IMG/VR virus record: IMGVR_UViG_3300031949_000072
Span: 1-44,875 of that record
DNA length: 44,875 nt
Origin: a virus
Taxonomy: Duplodnaviria > Caudoviricetes
Strand: one strand, 5' to 3'
The notes under the pieces are model-generated. The model was not told the origin of the DNA. It saw nothing but the letters and a program-made list of their open reading frames with translations, and did not search any database. Shown here in pieces: positions 34,801 to 43,582 of the stretch (within the stretch, counting starts at the first letter, position 1; each line of letters begins with the position of its first letter). The translations under genes and the position numbers were made by a program.

Positions 34801-36561
34801 TCAGCCGCCGCCGCCGCCGGCGGCCTGGTTCATGCCGGGAACGTACATCCCGAACCGGCTCCATGTCGAGCCTCCACCGTCGCCGTAGCTCCTGGCCTCC
34901 TCCGCCGCCAGCCAGGCGGCGACCAGGATGTCGTTCGTGTGGGACACTGGATCGAAGGCGAGCATCGCGTCAACCCAATCCTGGACGAGCCCCGGACACC
35001 GGTTGCGGTCGTCGCAAGGAATGGGCCACTTCCCCTGCTCGAAGTGCACGGACATCCCGCGGATGCCGAGCACCGGGTCTGCCTTGAGCTGGCCGGTCGT
35101 CGTGTGCGGGCGCAGCACCAGCTTCTGCAGCTCGCGCTCGGTCGCCCCGAGCGCCTTCATGATCTCAGGCACGCGCATGAACTGGAGCAGGTAGTCCTGC
35201 GCGCCGTTGTTCTCGACTCGGAATCCGCGGTGCCCCGGGTAGCGGCGGAGGATGAGGAGCATGTGCCGGATGATGTCCGGTCCTTCGAGGTGGCCGGCCC
35301 GGATCTCCATTGTGTGCTTCAGCCCGCCCTTGGGGCTTAGCGTGTAGAAGGCCGTCAGGTTCGCCGTGTCCCGCTTCTGGATCGCGAGATCGACGCCCGT
35401 CACGATGACGTCCGCCTCGTCCTCTGCCGGGCGCCACGTGCACCGCACCTTGCCCGTCGGGTCCGCCTCCTCGATGAACGCGCGACCGCCCGCGTACAGG
35501 CTCCTGCCGATTGACTGCGCGTACTCCAGGGCCGATGCCGGGAAGATCTCCATGGCACCGGACAGCGGCCGGCACTTGAATTGCCTGGCGTACTCGTGGA
35601 GCGGGAGCTGGCTCCGCTTCTCGGCCAGCCGCTCGGGCGGGAATCCGAACACGTGACCGCTGATCGGGTCCTGGTACGTCTCGCTCCAGAGCCCCGCGTC
35701 GTTCCCTCCGGGGATCTCCTGGCGTACGCCGTCCAGCATGAAGCTCCGGCCGTTCTCCGCATCGAAGTGCGCATGCGTGTAGCCGGGAAGGCGGCGGAGC
35801 TTGTGCCGGGCGTCCTCGACGTGCCAGGGAGTGCCGATGTCCCAGATGCGGCCGTTCGCCAGCACGCGGTTGAGCACGGTTGAGTTGAGCAGCTCCCAGA
35901 GTTTCTGCCGTTCGCCTTCGCTCCACGTGTTCTGGAAGTCGAGGATGTCATCGAGGATCAGGATCGAGACGCGCGATCCGATGATCGCGCCCATGACGCC
36001 ACGGCCCACCATCGACGGATCCTTGAGCGTGGCGCCCGGCCGCTCCAGATAGATCTCGTCGCTCGTGCTCTTGCGGACGCGAAGGTCGGGGAACACCCGG
36101 CGATACCGCGGATTGTTCTCGAGCGTGTCACGCACGATGCGCAGCACTCGCGTCGGGATGTCGCTGCTGTTGGAGATGAGGGCGATGAGATGGGACGTGT
36201 TGCGCCCGAGCTCCCAGGTCGCGCGCTTGATGTCGATCTGCGTCGTCTTCCCGTGCTCGACCGGCGCGTCGATGCAGAGCCGCGTGTGCGTGTCCATGAG
36301 CCGGTGCCAGAGCTCGTGTACCGGGTGCTGGCGCTCCTGGAACACGTACTCCGAGAACACGTTTGGATCGCTGGCCGACGCCCAGGCCGCCGCCCGGTGG
36401 TACAGCTCCCGGTGCTGCTCGACCTCACGGAATAGCTGCGGGTCCCGGCTCAGGTCCCTCGGCGTCAGGTGCAGGTCCCGGATCTCCGGAATCTTCCGGA
36501 AGAGCGCGTAGGCCTTGGACGCGGCGAAGGATGAGATCGCCGAGCTCGGCGTGCTCTGCAA
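34801..36561 (-). CDS. terL: Terminase large subunit
   Basis: APVEHGKT, ILILDD, IGTPWH, nuclease GVDLA, VENNGAQ, HTNDIL; TTG start with GGAGG. Confidence 0.92.
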   Translation of the reverse strand: MQSTPSSAISSFAASKAYALFRKIPEIRDLHLTPRDLSRDPQLFREVEQHRELYHRAAAWASASDPNVFSEYVFQERQHPVHELWHRLMDTHTRLCIDAPVEHGKTTQIDIKRATWELGRNTSHLIALISNSSDIPTRVLRIVRDTLENNPRYRRVFPDLRVRKSTSDEIYLERPGATLKDPSMVGRGVMGAIIGSRVSILILDDILDFQNTWSEGERQKLWELLNSTVLNRVLANGRIWDIGTPWHVEDARHKLRRLPGYTHAHFDAENGRSFMLDGVRQEIPGGNDAGLWSETYQDPISGHVFGFPPERLAEKRSQLPLHEYARQFKCRPLSGAMEIFPASALEYAQSIGRSLYAGGRAFIEEADPTGKVRCTWRPAEDEADVIVTGVDLAIQKRDTANLTAFYTLSPKGGLKHTMEIRAGHLEGPDIIRHMLLILRRYPGHRGFRVENNGAQDYLLQFMRVPEIMKALGATERELQKLVLRPHTTTGQLKADPVLGIRGMSVHFEQGKWPIPCDDRNRCPGLVQDWVDAMLAFDPVSHTNDILVAAWLAAEEARSYGDGGGSTWSRFGMYVPGMNQAAGGGGG

Positions 36562-37027
36562 GCAGTCCCTCCATGCTCTCGACCGTGATGCTGGTGGCCG
36601 CGCCGCCCTGGACCACCTGCTGGACGCGGACCGACGGCCCGCCCGACTTCAGGTGCCCGGTCAGCTCGAAGACCGTGCGGATGGCCGGCACGTCGCCGTC
36701 GAGCGCCCGGTGGACGAGGGCCGAGGCTACACCCTGCAGGTGCTCGCGCAAGGGTTCGAGGTCGATGCGCGCCCGCTCCTCCTGCACGTCGGAGAAGTCC
36801 TGACGGAACCAGGGCCACTGCCGGAGCCAGTTTCCCCACGTCGGGCGGCTGACGGCAACCCGGTCGAGGAACAGGCCGAACTTCTCGCCGGGTGGCGCTT
36901 GGGCGTAGGCGGCGAGCACCTCGCGCGCTCGCTGCTCCTCGGCGGCTCGCGGGTCACTCACCGGAGACTCCGATCCCCGGACAGGCGTTTGCTGTCCGAC
37001 GTGTGTCCCGGCGCCTGTCCTGTCCAC
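36425..37027 (-). CDS. Putative terminase small subunit
   Basis: Directly upstream of terL; HTH-like VSRPTWGNW; RALDGDVPAIR. Confidence 0.65.
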   Translation of the reverse strand: MDRTGAGTHVGQQTPVRGSESPVSDPRAAEEQRAREVLAAYAQAPPGEKFGLFLDRVAVSRPTWGNWLRQWPWFRQDFSDVQEERARIDLEPLREHLQGVASALVHRALDGDVPAIRTVFELTGHLKSGGPSVRVQQVVQGGAATSITVESMEGLLAEHAELGDLILRRVQGLRALPEDSGDPGPAPDAEGPEPGPAAIP

Positions 37028-37182
37028 AATCGAGGGCGTTTTCCGTTACAGCCGCGTATTGCCATCACGACAACCCTTTTGCAGAAGATTCCCTAGGCTG
37101 TTGCGAAATGTTGGCACGAGTTCGCAACCGAGACCTGCCACAGAGTAAGAGTTTCTTACTCCAGGCTGTCTCTTATAATGAT

Positions 37183-37615
37183 CGCGCGCGCGCGCCCCCG
37201 GGCGCGCGTACACACACATGCGCACCTTGAGCACCTAGGGGGTGTTTTTCGTCGTAAGTCGTTGTCATCATTGGCCCCTTCCTAGATGCTCAGGCGTTTG
37301 AGCACCTAGAGCAGTGTTTTTCGTCGTAAGTCGTTGTCATCATTGGCCCCTTCCTAGATGCTCAGGCGTTTGAGCACCTAGAGAGCACATTGAGCGTCTG
37401 GAGGCCAGTTGTCTAGGTGCTCAAACGCTTCTAGGTGCTCAAACTCGCGTGCATCTAGGATTTGGCGTTTATTATCAATGGGTTGCGTCATTTTCGCCAT
37501 GCTCTAGGTGCTCACCCTATGAGCATCTAGGATTTGGCGTTTATTATCAATGGGTTGCGCCATTTTTACCCCCCTAGATGCTCATGAAATAAGTGTGGTG
37601 GCGCGCGCGCGCGCG
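37183..37615. repeat. Putative replication origin: TGAGCAYCTAG iterons in both orientations, two pairs of ~72-bp tandem units, IHF-like sites, flanking (CG)n tracts
   Basis: Exact copies at 37228+, 37282-, 37299+, 37354-, 37371+, 37413-, 37431-, 37504-, 37520+, 37574-. TATCAATGGGTTG occurs twice. Non-coding, A/T-richer, next to the helicase gene. Confidence 0.75.
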
Positions 37616-37638
37616 ATACACAAGTTTCGTGCCGAGTC

Positions 37639-39309
37639 TCACCGATCCCACCATTCTTTCGGTTCGTCGATTTCTTGCACCGCTGGCACAGAGGGCACCG
37701 CGGGCATCTCGTGCGCGGGCTCTGATCTCTCCCACGCGTAGCCTGTGCGGAGTTCCTGGGGCGGCTGCTGGCCGACCCGGGCCGGGAGCGCCCAGATCCA
37801 CCGGCCGATGCCCTTGCCACCCTGTAGGCGCTCTGGCGCGGCCACGATGCCGAGGTCATCCTTGGCTCGCCGGGCTGAGCCCCAGGAGAATCCCGCCGCC
37901 TCCACCTGCTCCCTGATGGTCCCCTGGGCCACCGGTCCGTGGGCGAGGAGGTTCAGGAGCAGGTCCTTGACCCTGTCGACGGTCGTCTCCTTGTGCGGGG
38001 GCTCGGGTGCCCGTGGCGAGAAGAAGAGGGTCTGGCCGACTTCGAGGCCCAAGGCCGGTGGCTTGGGGCCGACGTTGACCTTGAGCACGCGGAACCGGAC
38101 GGCAGCGGACTCGGGATCCGGCTCGTCGAGCGCCATGATGCTGCGGCAGCACTGGCGGATGGCGGTCGAGCCGCGGATGGAATCGAGGTTGATGATGCCG
38201 ACCGGCTCGTCCGGCCGGCGCTTGGTGACGTGCTGGAGGAGGAGGCCGGTGACGTGGGTGTCCCGACAGAGAGCGGCGATGCGCTTCAGGAACCAGGTGT
38301 CGCGCGAGCTGTTCTCGTCGCCCGAGAAGAGGCCGCGGAAGGCGTCGAACACTACGAGCGTCGGTTTCCGCGCGCGGACCACCCGCTCGTACCGGGCGAA
38401 GGCGAGCGGGTCGTCGAGCATGATGTCCTGCATCCGCTCCTCGGGATACCTGGGATCCTTGAACCAGTAGACCGAGCCGAGCGGGATGCACATGTCGCGG
38501 AGGCGTGCCAGGTTGACCGCCTGGCTGCCCTCGGTGTCGATGTACAGGACCTCGGGCCGGCAGCCGTTGGTCGCCTGGACCGGGGTGCTGTCGGGCCAGG
38601 GCGCCTTGCGAATGACCGAGCCGGCGAGAGAGAGCGCGACCTTGCTCTTGCCGATGCCATCGCGCCCGGCCAGGAGACAGAGGAAGCCCTGCGGCATCCA
38701 GGCGGGCCACAGCCACGCGATCTCGCCGAGCTGGTCCGCCACGTCCTCGAAGGTCCAGATCGCCTCGGCATCGGTCTGTGCGTCGTCCCGGAGACCCGCG
38801 AGCTCGGCCTGCAGGTCGGCGATCCTGGCGGCCGCGTCCTCCAGCAGCGTGTCGGGGTCCTGGTACTGGGCTTCCGACTGGATGCGGGCGGCGTGCGCGG
38901 CCAGCTGCCGGGCGAGCGAGTGCCCGTAGACGATCTTGGCGTGGTGGAGGAGGGTGGCGTCGGTCGCCGTGCTCGCCAGGAGGTTCGAGAGGTAGACGGT
39001 GCCGCCGTCCAGGTCCCCGAGCCTGCCGACTGTCCGCATCGAGTCGGCGACCGTCACCAGGTCGACGGTGCCCCCATCGTACTGGAGTTCGAGGCACGCC
39101 GCGTAGACGGCGGCCAGGCTGGGATCGGTGAAGTGCTGGACGCCGAGGACCTTGGCCGCTTCGAAGACCGTCTTGCTGCCACCGAGGAGGCAGGCGGCGA
39201 CGACCGCGGCCTCGGCCTCCGGGCAGTTGCGCGAGGTGGGTGGCTCTGTTATGGTCGTGGGTGCCTGGCGCCCGCGGGCGCCTCTTGAAGCGTGCTGTCG
39301 CTGGGTCAC
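37639..39309 (-). CDS. DnaB N-terminal domain fused to an AAA_25 (RepA-like) helicase, with a C-terminal winged-helix-like region
   Basis: EAEAAVVAACLL...HF...VDLVTV; WLWPAWMPQG, GRDGIGKS, IDTEG, LVVFDA, HVTK, IRGS. Confidence 0.85.
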   Translation of the reverse strand: MTQRQHASRGARGRQAPTTITEPPTSRNCPEAEAAVVAACLLGGSKTVFEAAKVLGVQHFTDPSLAAVYAACLELQYDGGTVDLVTVADSMRTVGRLGDLDGGTVYLSNLLASTATDATLLHHAKIVYGHSLARQLAAHAARIQSEAQYQDPDTLLEDAAARIADLQAELAGLRDDAQTDAEAIWTFEDVADQLGEIAWLWPAWMPQGFLCLLAGRDGIGKSKVALSLAGSVIRKAPWPDSTPVQATNGCRPEVLYIDTEGSQAVNLARLRDMCIPLGSVYWFKDPRYPEERMQDIMLDDPLAFARYERVVRARKPTLVVFDAFRGLFSGDENSSRDTWFLKRIAALCRDTHVTGLLLQHVTKRRPDEPVGIINLDSIRGSTAIRQCCRSIMALDEPDPESAAVRFRVLKVNVGPKPPALGLEVGQTLFFSPRAPEPPHKETTVDRVKDLLLNLLAHGPVAQGTIREQVEAAGFSWGSARRAKDDLGIVAAPERLQGGKGIGRWIWALPARVGQQPPQELRTGYAWERSEPAHEMPAVPSVPAVQEIDEPKEWWDR

Positions 39310-39342
39310 GGCGTCGGCCCCCTGCCGGCGCCGTGGCTCGTT

Positions 39343-39636
39343 TTACGGCTTCCGCCGTCTGCCATCTTCAACCCCCCGCAGTGCGTGGTGCGCGATATAT
39401 TTCTGCGCGACCTCGTCCGTCTCACCTGACCGCCGGCAGATGCGGTTCTCGAAGAGGATCGGCGCCTGCTCGATGACCATGCTGATCGGAACCCCCGAGA
39501 TGCGCGCCCAGCGCTCGAACGTCGTCCGCTCGTCGAGACTCCGCTCGACACGCGGCCAGGTGGCGGACAAACGCAGGAGTATCGGGCTTTGAGCGAGCAA
39601 GGTCAACGCTGCGGGTAGCATGGTGTCCTGCAACAA
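39343..39636 (-). CDS. Hypothetical protein
   Basis: GGAGG RBS; fills the gap between the nuclease and helicase genes. Confidence 0.55.
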   Translation of the reverse strand: MLQDTMLPAALTLLAQSPILLRLSATWPRVERSLDERTTFERWARISGVPISMVIEQAPILFENRICRRSGETDEVAQKYIAHHALRGVEDGRRRKP

Positions 39637-39640
39637 CTTG

Positions 39641-40009
39641 TCACCTCCCCGACTCGAGCAGCTCGCGGAGATCGTCGCGGAACTCGCCGCGCGCGATCTG
39701 CTCGGGCGAGTAGCGGAGCACGCGCCAGCCGAGCACCGCAGCCGCGTTCAGCTTCTCGTTGTCACGCTGGATGCCTGCGCCGCGTGCGTGCCGGCCGCGG
39801 ACCCAGTTGCCGCCGTCCACCTCGACTGCCACCTTCTGCTCGACCCACGCGAAGTCAAACCGCCAGCGGCGCGGCGGCGCGAACCGGAACTCACGGACCG
39901 GCATCGGCAGGCCCGCCGCCAGGAACGGGAGCAGCGCGAGGTCCTGGCACGAGATCCGGTCCTCGCTGGAGGTACCGGCGGACCCTGTCGTAGAGATCGG
40001 ATCTGGCAT
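39641..40009 (-). CDS. DUF559/Vsr-like PD-(D/E)XK endonuclease
   Basis: EFRF...RRWRFDFAW...KVAVEVDGG...RH...DNEKLNAAAVLGWRVLR. Confidence 0.85.
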   Translation of the reverse strand: MPDPISTTGSAGTSSEDRISCQDLALLPFLAAGLPMPVREFRFAPPRRWRFDFAWVEQKVAVEVDGGNWVRGRHARGAGIQRDNEKLNAAAVLGWRVLRYSPEQIARGEFRDDLRELLESGR

Positions 40010-40223
40010 ACAACTCCTCTTCGCTCCACACGGTTTGCGTGCGGTCGTGCAGCTCGGCGAGCAACAGGAGCGCTTCGCGGAGCTCCGGGTTCCGGTTCGC
40101 AGGGCGTGGCAGGCGGGCGCCGGCCACGCCAGCGGTCTCGATGCATGAGGCGCACATCTGTCTGCGGCCTTCGAACTCCACGCGCTCCTTTACCTCCAGG
40201 CACCGCCGGCACACCCTCCACAC
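39891..40223 (-). CDS. Zinc-finger hypothetical protein
   Basis: CRRC...CASC; overlaps both neighbours. Confidence 0.5.
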   Translation of the reverse strand: MWRVCRRCLEVKERVEFEGRRQMCASCIETAGVAGARLPRPANRNPELREALLLLAELHDRTQTVWSEEELYARSDLYDRVRRYLQRGPDLVPGPRAAPVPGGGPADAGP

Positions 40224-40435
40224 ATCTCCGCCCTTCGGTGAGCCTTCTGCAAGCGGCGCAACTCGCGGCGCTCACGGGCCAGGCGCGAGAGGCGGCGGGT
40301 GCAGCGCTTGCAGCGCACGGACAGCCCGTCGCCGACCGAGGCATCGCGGGTCCACCACTCCGCGGTCCGTGGCAGGCCGATGCCGCATCGCGCGCAGAGC
40401 CAGTAAGTCGAGCCGCGCGTCAGCCGGCGGGTCAC
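40190..40435 (-). CDS. Zinc-finger hypothetical protein
   Basis: CARC...DGLSVRCKRC; GTGA overlap with the HNH stop. Confidence 0.6.
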   Translation of the reverse strand: MTRRLTRGSTYWLCARCGIGLPRTAEWWTRDASVGDGLSVRCKRCTRRLSRLARERRELRRLQKAHRRAEMCGGCAGGAWR

Positions 40436-40935
40436 ACCAGGAACCCCTCGGCAATCGCGCGAGCCCGCCCCTGGCGTGAACGGCCCGCTGGTTGCCAGGA
40501 CTTCCCGTTCGTGATGTCGAATATGGTCCACTTGCTGACGCCGAACAGCCTCCCGATGTCCCGCGCAGAGCAGCCCTTGGCGCGAAGCGCACGAATCTTC
40601 GCGACCTTGTGCGCATCGAGCTTTGTCTTGGCTCCACGGCGCGCATTCTCGGCCTGCGTTACGACCTGGAGATGTTGGGGATTCACGCAGAGAGGGGTCC
40701 GGCACAGATGATCCAGATGGTCGGATGACTGCAGCGCCCGACCGCTACGCTCGAAAAAGAATCGGTGCGCGCCAACTCCACGCCCCCCCACGTAGAGACG
40801 ACCATAGCCCTGGCCGGTTTTACCCCAGCGCCAGATCCTACACGGAGTTGGCAGTGGGCCGCACTGACGAACCGTATCGACTGCAAGGCTGTGTGGCACG
40901 GCGTGCCAGCGATTTCCGCGCCTCCGGTGGGACAT
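40432..40935 (-). CDS. HNH homing endonuclease with C-terminal HTH
   Basis: CRIW..G...GYG, AHR, DHLCRTPLCVNPQHL...EN, then KL...IR...IGRLFGVSKWTI. Confidence 0.9.
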   Translation of the reverse strand: MSHRRRGNRWHAVPHSLAVDTVRQCGPLPTPCRIWRWGKTGQGYGRLYVGGRGVGAHRFFFERSGRALQSSDHLDHLCRTPLCVNPQHLQVVTQAENARRGAKTKLDAHKVAKIRALRAKGCSARDIGRLFGVSKWTIFDITNGKSWQPAGRSRQGRARAIAEGFLV

Positions 40936-40967
40936 GTGCCCATCCTACACGTTGACGATGTTCCAAG

Positions 40968-41417
40968 TCAAGGCGTTGCTTCGATATGCGAGGCATCCCA
41001 GCCGCGTTTGAACTGGATGAGCGCCGCTAACTGCGTCGCGCGCCCGAACACGATGCAGTCGCGGCGCTCCTTGGCGAGACTCCGAGGCAGCCCCCAGAGG
41101 AGCCCCGTCGTGAGTCCTTGGCGGAAGGCGACCACCGCGAGGTCCGCCATGAACTGGGGCGACGGGTTGTCGGGATGCGCGTCGTCCACGACGTCCAGCG
41201 CCAGGCGCCGCGTGTGGAGACCGCCGGTCACCCGCTTGGTGAGTCCAGCCAGGAAGAGTTCGCGCTGGCGGGCTGGCGTGCGGTACGCCTCCTGCGCCCG
41301 GATCCGATGGCCGGCGTTCTCCATCTGCACGAGCACGAGGTCGAAGGCTTCACGCACCGTCGCGTCGAGCTCGGCCAAGAGATTGCGGTTGCGGGCTTCG
41401 AGGTCGGCGTTGTTCAT
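40968..41417 (-). CDS. M15-family peptidase (endolysin-like)
   Basis: YRTPARQRELF, H-x6-D (HTRRLALD), WG, DASHIE. Confidence 0.8.
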   Translation of the reverse strand: MNNADLEARNRNLLAELDATVREAFDLVLVQMENAGHRIRAQEAYRTPARQRELFLAGLTKRVTGGLHTRRLALDVVDDAHPDNPSPQFMADLAVVAFRQGLTTGLLWGLPRSLAKERRDCIVFGRATQLAALIQFKRGWDASHIEATP

Positions 41418-41734
41418 CGCAGGATCCGGAGCACGACGAGCAGGACGGCCGTCGCCCAGCCGACGAGCGCGACAACACGCCAGGCGCGCATCTGCCCCGG
41501 CATCGAGCCGAGGAGCTTGGCGTACTTCCCGTGTTCATCGCAGAGTCCCATGCCCTCGTACTGGACGGTCGGCTCGGCCACGCAGCCGGGTGCTTCGCAG
41601 TAGTCGCGGCCGAGGGTTGCGGTCGACGAGACCATCGCGATGTTCGCGTGCACCGCGCACCGGAGATCGTTGTCGAGCGCCAGGTACCGACACCCAGGCT
41701 CAGCGCACTTGCGGATCACCACCTCGGCGCTCAC
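41414..41734 (-). CDS. Cys/His zinc-finger protein with C-terminal TM helix
   Basis: GTG 41734 in a GTGA overlap; CAEPGC..CAVH, CEAPGC..CDEH; hydrophobic tail. Confidence 0.6.
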   Translation of the reverse strand: MSAEVVIRKCAEPGCRYLALDNDLRCAVHANIAMVSSTATLGRDYCEAPGCVAEPTVQYEGMGLCDEHGKYAKLLGSMPGQMRAWRVVALVGWATAVLLVVLRILR

Positions 41735-42172
41735 TTCCGCCCCCCCGCGCGCAAGATCCTCCGGATGCTGGACGCGGAGAGGCCGTAGTCGTGGGCCAGC
41801 ATCTTGACCGTGTCGCCTTCCTTGCGGCGTTTGCGGATCTTGGCGTTCCGCTCGCGCCGCCACTTGCGATCTTCCTTGCCGGACATCGGATACCTCCGAA
41901 CGATTGGGACTGTGACACATTGCGCACCACTCGCCGTGCCCGCACAAACAACCCGGATTCAACACGGCACGAGCACTGCCATCATCGGCCAGCTTGAAAC
42001 CAGATACCGTCAGGTTCAACGGGTTCGACTCCATTCCGGATACGCGCACGTTACTGAATCGTTGCTCCGATCCATCCGGTTGCTCAAGAACGAGGTCGAA
42101 CACGCCGTGCTCGTCGCGCTCCAGGAGGGCCGGGCACCCGTTCGCTTGTCGGAAGGCAATGATCTTCTTCAC
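41414..42172 (-). CDS. Hypothetical protein (VKKIIAFRQ...); frame stays open into 41414..41734
   Basis: GTG 42172 in a GTGA overlap; no in-frame stop until 41414. Confidence 0.45.
   Translation of the reverse strand: MKKIIAFRQANGCPALLERDEHGVFDLVLEQPDGSEQRFSNVRVSGMESNPLNLTVSGFKLADDGSARAVLNPGCLCGHGEWCAMCHSPNRSEVSDVRQGRSQVAARAERQDPQTPQGRRHGQDAGPRLRPLRVQHPEDLARGGAEVSAEVVIRKCAEPGCRYLALDNDLRCAVHANIAMVSSTATLGRDYCEAPGCVAEPTVQYEGMGLCDEHGKYAKLLGSMPGQMRAWRVVALVGWATAVLLVVLRILR
41731..41886 (-). CDS. Small Mor-like HTH protein, 51 aa (not in the ORF track)
   Basis: MSGKEDRKWRRERNAKIRKRRKEGDTVKMLAHDYGLSASSIRRILRAGGRK; GGAGG RBS. Confidence 0.7.
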   Translation of the reverse strand: MSGKEDRKWRRERNAKIRKRRKEGDTVKMLAHDYGLSASSIRRILRAGGRK

Positions 42173-42483
42173 CGCGGCACCACGATCCCACTCGGCGTGA
42201 CCTTCATCCCGGCCGGCGGACGCACGGCCAGGGTCGGATGCTGGAGCAGGCACAGGCGCTCGATCTCCGGCATGTTCGCTGTGATCGCTGCGTGCATGCG
42301 GCGCCGCGCCTCGATCTCATCGGCCAGCACGTTGAGCGCGGCGAGCGACTGCTGCGCGCAGACGAGCTTGTCCGGGTGCTCGCCCATGACGATGGCCGGC
42401 GCATCGCGCTTCTTGGTCCATGTGCTGCCGATCGTGCCACGGCAGAGGCGGCAGACGGTCGTCTGCTCGTGCGCCTGGTTCAT
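42169..42483 (-). CDS. Hypothetical protein
   Basis: ATGA overlap at 42483. Confidence 0.6.
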   Translation of the reverse strand: MNQAHEQTTVCRLCRGTIGSTWTKKRDAPAIVMGEHPDKLVCAQQSLAALNVLADEIEARRRMHAAITANMPEIERLCLLQHPTLAVRPPAGMKVTPSGIVVPR

Positions 42484-42788
42484 CGGCGCGCCGTCGCGGG
42501 CGGCGCTGGCGTCAGGAGCCGCCATGCGGATTCCTCCGGTGGCCCGTCGCCAGCGATGGCCCTGGCGCACATCTCGACGTCGAACGGCTTGCGGCGCTGT
42601 CGCGCCTCATCCACGAACCCGCGGAGAAGCGCGACGGCACGATGGCGCTCGGTCGTCTTCGCCGTTGCCCAGACCCGATTCTCCGCATGGGTCGCCGCCC
42701 GGTCGGCGGCAATCGCGATCTGTTTGGCGATCTCCGTCGCCTGGTCGGCCGGTGCCGCCTGGCCGTCGATCCGTACCGTGATCTCCAC
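42480..42788 (-). CDS. Hypothetical protein
   Basis: GTG 42788 with GGAGG RBS. Confidence 0.55.
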   Translation of the reverse strand: MEITVRIDGQAAPADQATEIAKQIAIAADRAATHAENRVWATAKTTERHRAVALLRGFVDEARQRRKPFDVEMCARAIAGDGPPEESAWRLLTPAPPATARR

Positions 42789-42801
42789 CTTGTCCTCCAG
42801 T

Positions 42802-43032
42802 TCATCGTCTCGACACGAACGGCTCCCAACACTTCCAGTCATAGCATGCCGTGCCCGTCTCGCGCACGCCTTCTTCCGAAGTCCGCCTGTGGTACACGTG
42901 ATAGCCGCACAGGCTTCGGACGTGACCGGCGGCGGTCGCCGCGTCCGGCACGCGGACGACGGGCGGCGCCATCGGGAAGTCGAGTTCCGCGCCGTCCTGC
43001 GCGCCGCCATAGAGGAGCACGTGCACGGTCAC
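42802..43032 (-). CDS. Hypothetical protein (GGxxDG motif)
   Basis: GTGA overlap; LYGGAQDG. Confidence 0.6.
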   Translation of the reverse strand: MTVHVLLYGGAQDGAELDFPMAPPVVRVPDAATAAGHVRSLCGYHVYHRRTSEEGVRETGTACYDWKCWEPFVSRR

Positions 43033-43379
43033 CGGTTCTCTCCCGCGATGGTGCGCGCGATTCGCTCCTTGATGCGCCGCAGCGTTTCCTCCGGCGGCTC
43101 TCCGATTGGCACCACGAGCAACTTGTCAGCCGGGATCATCGCCAGGATCTCGTTCATCGTCGGCTTGTCGCGTTTGCCCTCGTACTCGGCGCGCAAACTG
43201 TCTGGCTCGGCGAACTCATGCGTCCACACGGGCCGCTCCAGCACAGCCTCGACGGCCGCGTGGAACCGCGCGAACGGCATACAGAGCGTTTCCTCGTAGA
43301 GCTGGAACCGCACTATCTTCTCGTCGTCCCAGGTCTCGACTTCGCGGCCGAGCGCGAGGGCAACCTCACGACTCAGCAT
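43029..43379 (-). CDS. Conserved phage hypothetical protein (RPVWTHEF motif)
   Basis: GGAGG RBS; LCMPF..FH.AVE..L.RPVWTHEF. Confidence 0.7.
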   Translation of the reverse strand: MLSREVALALGREVETWDDEKIVRFQLYEETLCMPFARFHAAVEAVLERPVWTHEFAEPDSLRAEYEGKRDKPTMNEILAMIPADKLLVVPIGEPPEETLRRIKERIARTIAGENR

Positions 43380-43582
43380 GTCTCGCCTCCCGGCTGCTCG
43401 ATGGGCGTCGGCGTCAGGAGCGGCACGTCGGTTGCCTGTCGGTGTTCGTCGCAGGCTCGCCACTCGCCATCAATGGTGCCCGCCCGACCGGGACCGCGCC
43501 ACTTGGCGGGCTTGGCACACGGTCCGTAAGGGAACGTGAACCGCTTCGACCAACAATGCCGACTCCAGTCAACGTCAGGCAT
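43373..43582 (-). CDS. Small Cys/His protein
   Basis: ATG 43582; GAGGAGG RBS. Confidence 0.55.
   Translation of the reverse strand: MPDVDWSRHCWSKRFTFPYGPCAKPAKWRGPGRAGTIDGEWRACDEHRQATDVPLLTPTPIEQPGGETC

Noticed and set aside
37227-37590. CRISPR array
   Set aside because: The intervening sequences are duplicated rather than unique, the repeats occur in both orientations, and there are no cas genes.
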